This document shows positions 40,310 through 56,000 of a stretch of 64,000 nucleotides of DNA, piece by piece (the first letter of the stretch is position 1; each line of letters opens with the position of its first letter). The DNA comes from Schmidtea polychroa. Taxonomy: Eukaryota. The notes below the pieces were generated by a model. The model was given only the letters and a program-made list of their open reading frames with translations. It did not search any database and had not been told where the DNA came from. Location of the stretch: contig CM097885.1 of NCBI GenBank assembly GCA_044892525.1, forward strand, positions 51,586,001-51,650,000. Reading direction: 5' to 3'. A program made the translations under genes and the position numbers.

Positions 40310-42870
40310 TATCAGACTATAGTGAGGAGGTCTCGATGGTCCTGGGATTTTCAATACAAAAAATTTTTTTCTATACAAAAATCCAACTACCAATAAAAAA
40401 GCATGGAATTTTCAGACAATAGTGAGTAAGGGGGTCTCGATGGTCCTGGGATTTTCAATACAAATAAAAAATTTTCTATACAAAAATCCTACTATCAATA
40501 AAAAAGCCAAGGATTTATCACACTATAGTGAGGGGGTCTCGATGGTCCTGGGATTTTCAATACAAAAAAATTTTTTCTATACAAAAACGATGGTCCTGGG
40601 ATTTTCAATACAAAAAAAATTTTTCAATACAAAAAACCGACTATCAATAGAAAAGCATGGTAATTTAAGGTCTCAGGATATTTTCAATACAAAAGCTGGT
40701 CTTCAATAAAAAAGCATGGTAATTTAAGGTATCAGGATATTTTCAATACAAAAAGGCGGTCTTCAATAAAGAAGCATGGTAATTTATGGTCTCAGGATAT
40801 TTTCAATACAAAAATCCGATTATCAATAAAAAAGCATGGTAATTTATGGTCTCAGGATATTTTCGATACAAAAGCTGGTCTTCAATAAAAAAGCATGGTA
40901 ATTTAAGGTCTCAGGATATTTTCAATACAAAAAGGCGGTCTTCAATAAAGAAGCATGGTAATTTAAGGTCTTAGGATATTTTCAATACAAAAGCTGGTCT
41001 TCAATAAAAAAGCATGGTAATTTAAGGTCTCAGGATATTTTCAATACAAAAATCCGACTATCAATAAAAAGCATGGATTTTTCGAATTAAATTAAGGTGG
41101 GTCTCCTTGGTCCTGAGATTTTCAATAGACAAAGGTAGTCTACACTAAAAAACGTGGTATATATTTTAAAATTACAGTAAATTATGGGTCTAAAAATTGA
41201 ATTACAGTAAATTATGGACTAAGATTTTTAAATTACAGTAAATTATGGTCTAAAAAAAATTAAATTACAGTAAATTATGGTCCAAATTTTTGAATTAAAG
41301 TAAATTATGGGCTTAGATTTTTCAATTAAAGTAATGAATGGGCTCAAATAACTAAATTAAGGTTCAAAATTTTAAATTAAAGTAAATAATGGTCATAAAA
41401 AATTAAATTAAAGTTAATTATGGTCCTAAAAAATTAAATTAAGGTTCATATTTTCGAATTAAAGAAATTAATGGGCTCAGATTTTTCAATTAAAGTAAAT
41501 AATGGCTCAAATTTTTCAAATTAAAGTAAATAATGGTCCAAATTTTTGAATTAAAGTAAATTTAGGTTCTAAAATATTAAATTAAAGTAAATAATGGTAC
41601 AAATTTTAAAATTAAGTAATCAATGGTAAAAAAAATTTTAAATAAGTAAATTAAAGTAATAATTTTTAAATAAGTAAATTAAAGTAATGTAATAAGTAAA
41701 TTAAAGTAAGATTTTTAAATTTATTAACAAAAAGTTGAAATAATAGAAGGTGTTTGAGAATTGAAATTTTTTAATGAAAATTTTTATGAAATAATTTTTT
41801 AAGTTAATTTTTAATGGAAAATTTTATGAAATATTTTTCAATGGTAATTTTTAATGGAAATTTTTATGAAATATTTTTCAAAGACAAATTTTAATAATAA
41901 TTCAACAACAAACCAACAACTTAGTACCAACATGTATTTACAACCAGATACCTACAACTAGTTACTAACAACCAGTTACCTGATACCAGATACCTACAAC
42001 TAGTTACTAACAACATGTTACCTGATACCAAGTACTTACAACTAGATACCACGTACTAATTACCTCTCAAACAACCAGATACTTACAACCAGTTACCTGA
42101 TACCAAGTACCTACAACTAGTTACTAACAACTAGTTACCTGATACTAAGTACCTACAACCACCTACCAAGTACATACAACCAACATCAACCAGGTACTAA
42201 GCATCAATTACCAACTACTAAGTACCTACCAAGTACCTACAACCACCTAACAAGTACTAACAACCAAAAACAAGCAACCAAACTAGGTACCAAGTACTAA
42301 CAACTACAACCACCTACAACCACCTAACAACTACTTACAACCAACATCAACCAGATACCTACAACTAGATACTAACAACTAGATACCAAGTACCTACAAT
42401 CACCTACCCATTAACTAGTTACAACCAGCTAACAACTTTCTACCACCTACCAAGTACATACAACCAACAACAACCAGGTACTAAGCATTAATTACAACGT
42501 ACATACAACTAGTTACTAACAAATAGTTACCTGATAGCAACCAACTAGGTACCAGATACCAAGTACTAACAACCGCCAACAACCAGATACCTACAACTAG
42601 TTACTAACAACCAGGTACCACTTACCAAGTACATACAACGAACTAGCTACCACCTACCAAGTACCAACAACCAATATCAACCAGGTACTAAGCATTATCA
42701 ACCAAGTACCAACAACCAAAAACATGCAACCAACCAACTAGGTACTAGATACCAACTACTAACAACCGACAAAAACTAACTACCACCTACCAAGTACCAA
42801 CTACCAAATACAAGATACCTAGTACTAAGCACTGTCAACTAGATACCAAACACTTACAACCAGATGACCA
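40310..42870. repeat. Successive minisatellite blocks in the left arm of C (~60-bp, ~30-bp and CA-rich units), mirrored at ~50020-52040
   Basis: GGTCTCAGGATATTTTCAATACAAAA, AAATTAAAGTAAAT and ACCTACAACTAG units. Confidence 0.85.
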
Positions 42871-44079
42871 CATGAAATTATTGGTTAAATATGAAAATAA
42901 GGATTATATTTAGTTGTTAAGTAAATTATGGTGTAAAATTAAGAAATAAAGAATAATTAGGTAATTAAGGATAAGTAAATTAAAGTTAAAAATTTTAAAT
43001 TAAAGAAAACAATGGTTTAAATTTTAAATTAAAGCTAAATGAGTAAATTAAAGTAATAATTTTTAAATTTATTATCAAAAGATTGAATAACCACCAACTT
43101 TTTTGAGAAATGTAATTTATAATGAAAATTTAAATGGAAATTTTAATGGAATAATAATAATAATAATAAAAAATAATAATAATAATAATAATAATAATTC
43201 AACAGTTACCAACAATCGGTTACTAAATATTTTTAACTAAGTGCTAACAAACCAGATACTTACAACGAACTACTAAATATTCTTCACTGTATTTTATGAA
43301 ATGCTTTTTAAATTAATTTTTTATCTGTCTTCAAAAATATGTTTAATTACAATCAGTAGAAAAACCTTTTCAAATTTAACAAAAATGTTGATTTTCATCA
43401 AAAAACCACAACTCAATCACTTTAAAACACCACGTGAAATTCAAAATAATTTAAATTACAATGAAAGACTAATGAATTCTAATTTACAAAACATTCTTCT
43501 TTTAATTGATAACTTATTATTGCAATGTAAAAATCGCATTCAATAAATACTTATTATTGATCAGTTTTATTATATATACTCTGAGTTTATCCGACAGGAT
43601 GTTTTGACCCCCTAAGGGTACTGGTCATAAGGGTACTAATCGTAAGGGTATTGGTAACACTCAACCCCCACCTACTCATTAATTAGTTACCATGTACTAA
43701 CAACTAGGTTTCAAACAACTAAATACTAAACACTTACAACCAGATACCTACAACTAGTTACTAACAACCACCATCAAAACCCATCGAGAAATTAACAACA
43801 CTGTACCAACTACCAAATACAAGATACCAACAACTTAGTACCAACAATCAGTACAATAATTATTAGTAATAGGAAACAGTACACAATTAAAATATGTAAG
43901 AGTACAGGATAGAATTCAGGTTTACAGGACCCTTGTTCTATACTGGCATAAAATAATAAACAACTATATAATTAATATATAAGGACCAGGTAAGATTCAA
44001 GTCTTTTATAGACCCTTACTCTTAGCTAGATTTGTAGTAATTTTGAAGTTTTTCTTTGCTTCTTTGTCTTTATATTTTC

Positions 44080-44406
44080 TCATTTTTTGCCGTTTTTCTT
44101 TTTGGTTTTTTTTCTTTTTCGGTCATTTTCTTTTTGAGATATAACGGTAATTTGGGCTTCCGTTTCTTCCTCTATTCGTTTTTTTGATACTTTTTCTTGT
44201 GTTGCCATTTTGGCTTTCTCTTCTTCTTCTTTGCGTTTTTTGTCCGCTTTTTCTTTTTCCTTTACTGCCTTTTCGTATTGTTTTCTGAATTCAATAGTGG
44301 CTTTTTCATTTTCTCTTTTTGTGTTGGAGCTTTCATCTTCCGAGTATTTTATGATTGTCATTTTCTTTTCACTCGTAGTCGTAACCACACATAAAAATAA
44401 TAGCAA
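44080..44406 (-). pseudogene. K/E-rich coiled-coil ORF with hydrophobic N-terminus in the left arm of C
   Basis: 108 codons; the upstream in-frame ATG is cut off by a TAA. Identical translation in the other arm. Confidence 0.4.
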
Positions 44407-47400
44407 TTAAATACAAAACATTCTTCATCGCATACACTATCTTCTTATCAAAATCTAAAAAGTCAATCAGATATCAACTACCAACTACTAACAACCAACA
44501 ACTATGTACTAACACAAATTGATCTTTAAAAGTAAATACTCATCACTTGAAAAATTGGATGAAAAAATAATTGAATTCAAGGCATCAATAACTTGGTAAA
44601 AATTGATTAAATTTTTGTAAAAATTTAAATTATTCAAAATATACCAAATAATTATTATAAAAATGTAATTAATGGACAAGAAAGAACATTAAATTTGAAT
44701 CATTAATCATCCAGTAAATAAAATAATATTGATCATTTAAGTTGAATCAACTAAGATAATAAATTAATAAAAATTTTGAAATAAGATCTAGTAGATAATT
44801 GATTTAGATTGAATAAATTAATTGAAATAAAATTAATTTTAATTATTTTTTTTAAAAGTAATACAGTTACTCAAATTGATTGACTGATTGCTCAATATAT
44901 TCAAAAAAAAATCAGTAGAAATTCATTAAAATTATCAAAGTCAGCAATCTACAATAAAAATAATTATCATTAAATTCCAAAAGAGACTATATGACTAATG
45001 ATAACCTCTAATAAACCAGTAAATTCATTTAAATGGCAATAATTGGTATATCCAAGTGAATTCTCCAATAAAATCATCTAAAAAGAATCATTTTCCCCTA
45101 AATATATCAATATTTAAAGATTGGTATTTTAATGATAAATACTTGTTAAAGATCATATATTTTCCTCAAACTAATAAGATTCCTTAAAATCCCTTAAATG
45201 ACTATATTTCAACCCTTAATCCATATTATTACAAATATTTTACTAAAATCATCTAAAAAACATGAAATTTCCCTGAAATAACTCTATCTATAAAGATTAG
45301 TATTTTATCGATAAATATCCTTAAAAGGTTATATATTTACCTCACACTAATAAGATTGCTTAAACTCCCCTTTAAATGACTATAATTCTATCTTTAATTC
45401 CTATTATCACGAATATTTCCCTATAAAACATGTAAAATAATTTGATCATTAACCCTAAATAATTTATAAAATCTAATGATAAAACCGGTTATAATTAAAT
45501 TTTTGTTAATCACTGTAAATATTTGTAAATTACTACTCGAAATTTAAAATAAATATAACCCATTGAAAGATTAAATTTATCCATTCAATAAAATATATTT
45601 CTTCAAATGATCATTTTTACCGATATTCAACCGATTTAATTACTAATTAAAATCAAGATTTCTTCCAATAAAGATCAATTTTATTTAGTTGTTGTCGATG
45701 TTTTAAGTCCATATTTCTAAACTTTTGTCATTCTTTGCCTAAATAAAGATAAAAATAAATTAAAGTTGATATCAATCCCAATTATCTGTAAAGATTTCAT
45801 TGTCAAAACCAAGTAAATCGGTCATTAACCCTACTTAATAAAACATAAGTCTAAATTAATATACAATGAATTAATCACAACCTAATAAAACGATATAATT
45901 TCAAATTATTATTGATTCATAACTGACTAATGTATTGACATTTCCCTTAAAACATTGATATTTTACCAACATCATCCTTAAAAAATCATATATTCCCATC
46001 TTAACCCATTCTTCATTAAATTCAATCGACTATATCTCCCTTACAATGATATATTCCCATCTTAACCGACTATATCCCCTTAAAAGATCATATTTTCCCA
46101 CCTTATCCGATCCCTCATTAAATCTAAACCGACAATATCCCATCTTAACCAATCTCTCACCAAATATTTCTACCCCTTTAAATATCTAACCGAATATATC
46201 CTTTAATTCTATCCACTTGAGGTTATATCCTCCTTTAATTCCGTGAATCCTCTAAAAATCCTTAGAGAACTTCAAAAATATGACTTTTAATTAATTGTTA
46301 TAGACACCAAACATTTTTCCATTGAAATAGTTTAGAAGCTAAATAATAGGAGCCCACTAAAAGATCAAAATTCACTAAATTTTCTACAAATATTTACCAT
46401 CAAATACCTAACTAGAGATGATATATATTGATTGATCATAATTCTTCATCGATTCAGCCAATCATTTTCAAGCAGTAACAACAAACAAAATTTCTGTATA
46501 TCCTACAATAATTATCAAGTAAATTTAAAGTCCTTGATAAAGTTAACTGGTTTCTTAGCTTAGGTTTTTAAAAGTTCATCAATGTGTAAATGGAAATATT
46601 CTTAGAAAATTATTGAAAAAATTATTTAGTCAAATACATTACAAAGTTATCATCAAAAATTTATTCTATCACTTAATTATTAACCTAATTGTCAATGAAA
46701 TTAATTTTTATTTAAAAACTATTCAATAAAATACTACTAATTATCAAGAAATTAATTAAATTTATCACCATTAAAACTTTAAATTTTTAATCAGTCAACA
46801 TGAAATTCTTAGAAAATTATTCAACATCCTCATCAAAATTTATCCTATCACTTGATTATTGTAAAAACTCTAATTATTAACCTCATTAAAAATAAATTTC
46901 TATTTAAAATTAAAAAACAAGTCAATAAAAATGCATTCAATTATCAAGAAATTAATTAAATTTATCTTAGAACTAACTTTAAATTTTTAAATATTCTTTC
47001 CATAAACATGAAATTCACAAGAATGATAAAAATCCACAAAATGATAGAAATTCACGAAAATGATAGATATCCACAAAAATAATAAAAATTCACAAAAAAC
47101 GATAAAAAATTCACAAAAAAGATAGAAATTCGCAAAAATAATAGAAATTCACAAAAATGATAAAAATTCATAAAAGTGATAGAAATTCATGAGAATAATA
47201 GAAATTTACTTGAATATTTACTAAAACCATCAACTCTAAAAATTATCAATACCTTAAACAACAAATTTGTCTAAATAATCTTTCAAATAAAAGCATTAAA
47301 TACCTTTACGACTAATACCCTTGCGACATGTTGAATGTGAGTAGTACCCTTGTGAGCAATACCCATAGGGGGACAGAATATTTTGTCGGATAAACTCAGA

Positions 47401-48477
47401 GTATATATTAATTAACTCATTCAAATTTATCATTGAATCAGTAAAATTATCATAAATTTCGATGAAAATTCTAAAGTGGTAAGCAATGTAAAGAGAAATA
47501 TTCTTTAAACTTTGATAAAATTAGCAATGAAGGTGGTAAGAATCTTCATTAAAGTGAGGAAATTATTCATTACTCGATGATAAATTCAAATGGATGAAAA
47601 TAATTGGTAGAATAATTCATTAATGGATCATTGAATGGGCATAGATAAGAAAAAAGGTTGATAAGAATGGAAATATGTTAATTGAATTTATTTAAAATTA
47701 TTTCATAAAATTCATAAATTAAATAAAAAAAATCTTAAAAGAAATATTTGTGGGGAACAATTAATGGAAAATCGGGGGGAATACAAATGATTAAATAGTG
47801 GAAATCGGGGGATATTAGCGAGTAATTAATGAAAAATCGAGAATCGGGGGGAATATAGGGGATTAAATAGTAGGATAATGAGAATCGGATAATGAGAATC
47901 TCTTTTGGAATTTAATGATAATTATTTTTATTGTAGATTGCTGACTTTGATAATTTTAATGAATTTCTACTGATTTTTTTTGAATATATTGAGCAATCAG
48001 TCAATCAATTTGAGTAACTGTATTACTTTTAAAAAAAATAATTAAAATTAATTTTATTTCAATTAATTTATTCAATCTAAATCAATTATCTACTAGATCT
48101 TATTTCAAAATTTTTATTAATTTATTATCTTAGTTGATTCAACTTAAATGATCAATATTATTTTATTTACTGGATGATTAATGATTCAAATTTAATGTTC
48201 TTTCTTGTCCATTAATTACATTTTTATAATAATTATTTGGTATATTTTGAATAATTTAAATTTTTACAAAAATTTAATCAATTTTTACCAAGTTATTGAT
48301 GCCTTGAATTCAATTATTTTTTCATCCAATTTTTCAAGTGATGAGTATTTACTTTTAAAGATCAATTTGTGTTAGTACATAGTTGTTGGTTGTTAGTAGT
48401 TGGTAGTTGATATCTGATTGACTTTTTAGATTTTGATAAGAAGATAGTGTATGCGATGAAGAATGTTTTGTATTTAA

Positions 48478-48804
48478 TTGCTATTATTTTTATGTGTGGT
48501 TACGACTACGAGTGAAAAGAAAATGACAATCATAAAATACTCGGAAGATGAAAGCTCCAACACAAAAAGAGAAAATGAAAAAGCCACTATTGAATTCAGA
48601 AAACAATACGAAAAGGCAGTAAAGGAAAAAGAAAAAGCGGACAAAAAACGCAAAGAAGAAGAAGAGAAAGCCAAAATGGCAACACAAGAAAAAGTATCAA
48701 AAAAACGAATAGAGGAAGAAACGGAAGCCCAAATTACCGTTATATCTCAAAAAGAAAATGACCGAAAAAGAAAAAAAACCAAAAAGAAAAACGGCAAAAA
48801 ATGA
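48478..48804 (+). pseudogene. Mirror copy of the K/E-rich ORF in the right arm of C
   Basis: Same translation as 44080-44406. Confidence 0.4.
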
Positions 48805-51800
48805 GAAAATATAAAGACAAAGAAGCAAAGAAAAACTTCAAAATTACTACAAATCTAGCTAAGAGTAAGGGTCTATAAAAGACTTGAATCTTACCTGGTC
48901 CTTATATATTAATTATATAGTTGTTTATTATTTTATGCCAGTATAGAACAAGGGTCCTGTAAACCTGAATTCTATCCTGTACTCTTACATATTTTAATTG
49001 TGTACTGTTTCCTATTACTAATAATTATTGTACTGATTGTTGGTACTAAGTTGTTGGTATCTTGTATTTGGTAGTTGGTACAGTGTTGTTAATTTCTCGA
49101 TGGGTTTTGATGGTGGTTGTTAGTAACTAGTTGTAGGTATCTGGTTGTAAGTGTTTAGTATTTAGTTGTTTGAAACCTAGTTGTTAGTACATGGTAACTA
49201 ATTAATGAGTAGGTGGGGGTTGAGTGTTACCAATACCATTACGACTAGTACCCTTATGACCAGTACCCTTAGGGGGTCAAAACATCCTGTCGGATAAACT
49301 CAGAGTATATATAATAAAACTGATCAATAATAAGTATTTATTGAATGCGATTTTTACATTGCAATAATAAGTTATCAATTAAAAGAAGAATGTTTTGTAA
49401 ATTAGAATTCATTAGTCTTTCATTGTAATTTAAATTATTTTGAATTTCACGTGGTGTTTCAAAGTGATTGAGTTGTGGTTTTTTGATGAAAATCAACATT
49501 TTTGTTAAATTTGAAAAGGTTTTTCTACTGATTGTAATTAAACATATTTTTGAAGACAGATAAAAAATTAATTTAAAAAGCATTTCATAAAATACAGTGA
49601 AGAATATTTAGTAGTTCGTTGTAAGTATCTGGTTTGTTAGCACTTAGTTAAAAATATTTAGTAACCGATTGTTGGTAACTGTTGAATTATTATTATTATT
49701 ATTATTATTTTTTTTTTTATTATTATTATTATTATTCCATTAAAATTTCCATTTAAATTTTCATTATAAATTACATTTCTCAAAAAAGTTGGTGGTTATT
49801 CAATCTTTTGATAATAAATTTAAAAATTATTACTTTAATTTACTCATTTAGCTTTAATTTAAAATTTAAACCATTGTTTTCTTTAATTTAAAATTTTTAA
49901 CTTTAATTTACTTATCCTTAATTACCTAATTATTCTTTATTTCTTAATTTTACACCATAATTTATTTAACAACTAAATATAATCCTTATTTTCATATTTA
50001 ACCAATAATTTCATGTGGTCATCTGGTTGTAAGTGTTTGGTATCTAGTTGACAGTGCTTAGTACTAGGTATCTTGTATTTGGTAGTTGGTACTTGGTAGG
50101 TGGTAGTTAGTTTTTGTCGGTTGTTAGTAGTTGGTATCTAGTACCTAGTTGGTTGGTTGCATGTTTTTGGTTGTTGGTACCTGGTTGATATTGGTTGTTG
50201 GTACTTGGTAGGTGGTAGCTAGTTCGTTGTATGTACTTGGTAAGTGGTACCTGGTTGTTAGTAACTAGTTGTAGGTATCTGGTTGTTGGCGGTTGTTAGT
50301 ACTTGGTATCTGGTACCTAGTTGGTTGCTATCAGGTAACTATTTGTTAGTAACTAGTTGTAGGTACTTGGTATCAGGTAACTGGTTGTAAGTATCTGGTT
50401 GTTTGAGAGTTAATTAGTACGTGGTATCTAGTTGTAAGTACTTGGTATCAGGTAACATGTTGTTAGTAACTAGTTGTAGGTATCTGGTATCAGGTAACTG
50501 GTTGTTAGTAACTAGTTGTAGGTATCTGGTTGTAAATACATGTTGGTACTAAGTTGTTGGTTTGTTGTTGAATTATTATTAAAATTTGTCTTTGAAAAAT
50601 ATTTCATAAAAATTTCCATTAAAAATTAACTTAAAAAATTATTCCATAAAAATTTCCATTAAAAATTACCATTGAAAAATATTTCATAAAATTTTCCATT
50701 AAAAATTAACTTAAAAAATTATTTCATAAAAATTTTCATTAAAAAATTTCAATTCTCAAACACCTTCTATTATTTCAACTTTTTGTTAATAAATTTAAAA
50801 ATCTTACTTTAATTTACTTATTACATTACTTTAATTTACTTATTTAAAAATTATTACTTTAATTTACTTATTTAAAATTTTTTTTACCATTGATTACTTA
50901 ATTTTAAAATTTGTACCATTATTTACTTTAATTTAATATTTTAGAACCTAAATTTACTTTAATTCAAAAATTTGGACCATTATTTACTTTAATTTGAAAA
51001 ATTTGAGCCATTATTTACTTTAATTGAAAGATCTGAGCCCATTAATTACTTTAATTCGAAAATATGAACCTTAATTTAATTTTTTAGGACCATAATTAAC
51101 TTTAATTTAATTTTTTATGACCATTATTTACTTTAATTTAAAATTTTGAACCTTAATTTAGTTATTTGAGCCCATTCATTACTTTAATTGAAAAATCTAA
51201 GCCCATAATTTACTTTAATTCAAAAATTTGGACCATAATTTACTGTAATTTAATTTTTTTAGACCATAATTTACTGTAATTTAAAAATCTTAGTCCATAA
51301 TTTACTGTAATTCAATTTTTAGACCCATAATTTACTGTAATTTTAAAAAATTTACCACGTTTTTTAGTGTAGACTACCTTTGTCTATTGAAAATCTCCGG
51401 ACCAAGGAGACCCACCTTAATTTAATTCGAAAAATCCATGCTTTTTTATTGATAGTCGGATTTTTGTATTGAAAATATCCCGAGACCTTAAATTACCATG
51501 CTTTTTTATTGAAGACCAGCTTTTGTATTGAAAATATCCTAAGACCTTAAATTACCATGCTTTTTTATTGATAGTCGGATTTTTGTATTGAAAATATCCT
51601 GAGACCTTAAATTACCATGCTTTTTTATTGAAGACCAGCTTTTGTATTGAAAATATCCTGAGACCTTATATTACCATGCTTTTTTATTGATAGTCGGATT
51701 TTTGTATTGAAAATATCCTGAGACCATAAATTACCATGCTTCTTTATTGAAGACCGCCTTTTTGTATTGAAAATATCCTGAGACCTTAAATTACCATGCT

Positions 51801-52737
51801 TTTTTATTGATAGTCGGATTTTTGTATTGAAAAATTTTTTTTGTATTGAAAATCCCAGGACCATCGTTTTTGTATAGAAAAAATTTTTTTGTATTGAAAA
51901 TCCCAGGACCATCGAGACCCCCTCACTATAGTGTGATAAATCCTTGGCTTTTTTATTGATAGTAGGATTTTTGTATAGAAAATTTTTTATTTGTATTGAA
52001 AATCCCAGGACCATCGAGACCCCCTCACTATAGTCTGATAAAAAAAAATTTGGACCAAAAATCCCTGAAAGCAAAAAATGTGAGTTGCAGCAATTGCGTA
52101 ATCAAAAGTTACAGCAGAACCCCCCCCCGGGGGGGTCATTGCTGGAGTACGCTACTAACTACCTACTTATTACATTAAAAAAACTACTATACACAACCGT
52201 AAGTGTAATGTATATCTAAGATTATGTTCAACGGTATATAAGATGTTGTTTAAGTAATGTTTAATTCTTCGCATTCTCATACTTTTTCAAAAACTATAAG
52301 ATTGTGAGTTCATTTCAATTATGTCGAATAAAACGAAGTAAAAGCTTCATGTCTAAAATATCTACGAATATTGTGGAGAGAAGTTTAATAACTTGAGTAG
52401 ATGGATGGGGGCCATCTGGATCAGGACTCCGCTGGACCACATACCCCCCCACCCCCACTCTAGGGGAAATTTTTAAAATTCTTTTCAAGGTCAAATTTTT
52501 TAATGTAAAGGTCATTTTTTTTTTTTTTTTAAATTTGAAATTTGAGAGTTCCCGACAAGAGATATTATTATTATTTGAAAATAAAGGTCTTTGAAACACA
52601 GGGATTATTATTATATATATCCTAGTCTATCCGACAAAATATTTTGTCCCCCTATGGGTATTGTTCACAAAGGTACTGGTCATATTCAACATGTCGCAAG
52701 GGTTATTATTATTAAACAAATCAACATTGTATTTTTA

Positions 52738-52768
<31 letters not shown>

Positions 52769-52843
52769 TTTTTTTTTTTAATATTTTAATTTATTTATTT
52801 ATTATTTATTTATATTTATATTTTTATTATTTTATTATTATTA

Positions 52844-52881
<38 letters not shown>

Positions 52882-53075
52882 TTCATTATTATTATTATTA
52901 TTAAGATTTACAAAATTATTATTAGTTTTCATAATAAATTAAGACATTAAAAGATATATTGAATCACAGATCAATTCGATAACAATACGTCATCTATATC
53001 AATATCATTGTCATCATTGGCTTCATTGTCATCATCATTGAAATCTGGACTCATTCCGCTAAAAAGTGAACGAAT

Positions 53076-56000
53076 TTATGAAATTACTTGATCAACATCT
53101 GGAACATCGACTCCTAAATAATGTCCATATGCGAGACTGGAATTTTTCCCCACCCAAAGGCGCTTGTCATCGTTGTTTGACAACGCGATCTTGGTATTTT
53201 TAAACGTAAGAAGCTGGTGGTTACGCGTCCCTATTCTAGTTTGTGGTACCGAAAATACTACGCTGTTGTTGTAGCAGTCTAAATAAGACTGGTGCCCTAT
53301 CTCAGTATTACCAAGCTGAACTCCCTTTGCTTTTAAATGACTTTTATCCCCTAACAAACTATAGCACTTGGGTCTTAAGAAAACCCATTCCTTATACCCT
53401 AAACCTTTACTTTCGTCCTTAAATTTCCCTATCACATAATCCAAACTCTTTGAATACAAAGGATGAGCAGGATCATAATTGCTAGTATCTAGAAGATTAT
53501 CACGAATCATTGCCGGCAAAAGAGTGTCAAGCTTACAGTGCTTTATCTCTAAGAAAAAGGAGTCAGTGTCACCGGCAACGATATTTATATTACAATTAAA
53601 TTCAGACCTATACTTGGCCAGTTCATTATATTGTAGCTGGTACATTCTTAGTTTAGACAGGTCTAACACTGTTTGACCAATATAGCTAGGCCTGTCTAAA
53701 CATATTGAATCTTTATCCAGATGAGCAGCAATCAGATCATCAGCAATTTTGATAGATTTTCTGAAAGTAGGTTTTGAAGCATATACAATCATCTTTTCAG
53801 CTGAATTGCATAGCCTCAAATTCATCCGCTTTTTCAGATTCTCCACCGATTTACCATACAAGCTATTGTTAAATAATTTGTATAAATCCCTATATAATTC
53901 ACATGTAGAATTGGCTCGTAAATTAGTGTTTTTGTCTATGTACGATTTAAAAATGGGTGCATGCTTAAATTTAATTGCCCTATGTACATTTTTAATAATA
54001 GCCCCCAACTCTATATACAACTTGAGAAGTCGCCAATGAAGAACATGGTTCTTCTTCGGCCAATGCGTGAGCATCAACTTCTCAACTTTCGAATCTGGCG
54101 GGCACATTTTTTCCGGAGCAATCGGAAAATCATTCAAAAAATCATGCCCAAACTGAGGGATATCAATATCAACCTCCAGAGTATACCCATATGGAAGATT
54201 TTCAATATCCTCATTCATACATTCATTCAAGACAGAATCAAGATCATCATACACCCATTCAAAGTCAGCATACGGAAGCTTTTGGCTTAAGGCCCAACCA
54301 TACAGATTATTTATGTCAATATACAAGAGTTCTGTGTCTTCAGAACTTACAACATAATGTTTGTTAACAAATGTTAACCCACCCCGTATCCCTCCTTCAT
54401 AGAAATTAAACATTTCCATGTCCTGCAGAAGTTCAATGGGTTCCGTTAATGTCATAAGCGCTGAGGCCCATGACATACCGGGAATGCCATAGAAATTAAG
54501 AGGCTCCAGACCATTGTAAGCAATGGCCTTTTCACGGAATTGAGTAAAATAATCTGCGAGGAGAAACACGTCTAATTTAAGGTAAGTCAACATGTAATCT
54601 AACATGTTGTTGCAATTTTGCTGAGTCCAAATAACTTGAGCTAATGCATACTCATCATTAGACACAGAATCCCAGATCGGAGGTAGTTCAAGAGTCGATT
54701 CCAGAACCTCTAGCGATGTAGCGAAGTCATATGGAAAGATACCTTTGGCTCGAACAATTGCGCCATCAAAAACAGAAGAAGTTAAAGGCAGATCGGAAAG
54801 AGTCTTAACTGCTTTTGCTAGAGATGAATTAACAAACTGCATGCTGTCAATAAAACGAACAGGCAAATTGTTAATATACGCGATGAGGGAGATGAATTTC
54901 TCGGTAGTAGTCGGAATAATATTTAATTCCCAAGAAGGAAAATTATTCAAACCATACTTCAAAATATGATGGAGATCATACCCCCTCAAATTATGAAACA
55001 CAACCGGTAACTGGCTCTGAATTCGCGAGAAACATTACATTTCCTACAAGCAGCACCAAGATACTTACCTGAGAAGTGGCAATGGTCCCTAACTCTATCT
55101 TTAATAAATTTCTTACAAAGGTAACAGGTTCTGGATTCTCGAAAAGCCCGCTCTTCAGTGAAAGACAAGGTTTGCATGGGCTTTTTCCCATTAATTTCGT
55201 AATATGGCAGGACAATTTTGACCGCAATTTCCTCCACCTTACGCAAGAAAGACAACACACAATCATCACCAACAAACTCATAATAAAATTTTGTGTTATT
55301 ATAATTATTAATTAATAACATGCCTGCTGTTATTGGCAAGTGTTTTTGATGATGGGTAATATCCTCGGGTAAAATTGCCTCAAAATCGGCATATATCACG
55401 AATGGCGGGGTGATTGTTTTGGAGTAATCTTTAAATAATAAATTTTTATCTTTAGGTAGTGTGTATAGAGTTGTTCCTATCTGGTTTTTTATGCATAAGG
55501 CGACATGAATATCAAATGCATTTTTATGTCTAAATCCGTTAAGACAATGGGGGCACCAGTTAACTTTAATTCTAACGCTGCATTCACTGCTAGAGTGACA
55601 ATTCATTAGTCTTTGTAAGGTAAAAACTGCGGTATAATGGAAATTATCACCGTCTTCCAATAAAAGTAAGTATATGGGTTCACCACCTATAACCTTAGAT
55701 CGGTGAATAATATCTAATTGAGGATGATGTGGAATATAGTTACTATCATCGTTTTCAGAAGGCTTAGCTGGGTTCTTTTTTATAAATTAAAACATTTATT
55801 GATAAATTTAAATCATTATTTTTCCTTTCAAATTTAGGGATATCACATAATTTCATGGGACAATCACTTATAGGGTCAAAATTTAACTCGTCAAGATAAT
55901 TTTCATAGGAACTAACTCTATTTCTATTTATATGTACTACATTACGTTTTAAAAGGGCTAAAATACTATATATAAAGCACATATCGTCAGTGTTTTTGAC

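Larger units (their letters stand above)
40180..52167. mobile_element. Non-autonomous Polinton-type element C (12 kb); arms 40180-44986 and 47899-52167
   Basis: AGTAGGTAGTTAGTAG...CTACTAACTACCTACT ends, 6-bp TSD TATTAC (40174-40179, 52168-52173), subterminal motif shared with A and D, no core genes. Confidence 0.9.

Noticed and set aside
40208..40709. ORFs in the termini of element C (also 51625-52178) and the 81-aa ORFs at 43301 and 49338
   Set aside because: Repeat-derived or without recognisable motifs.
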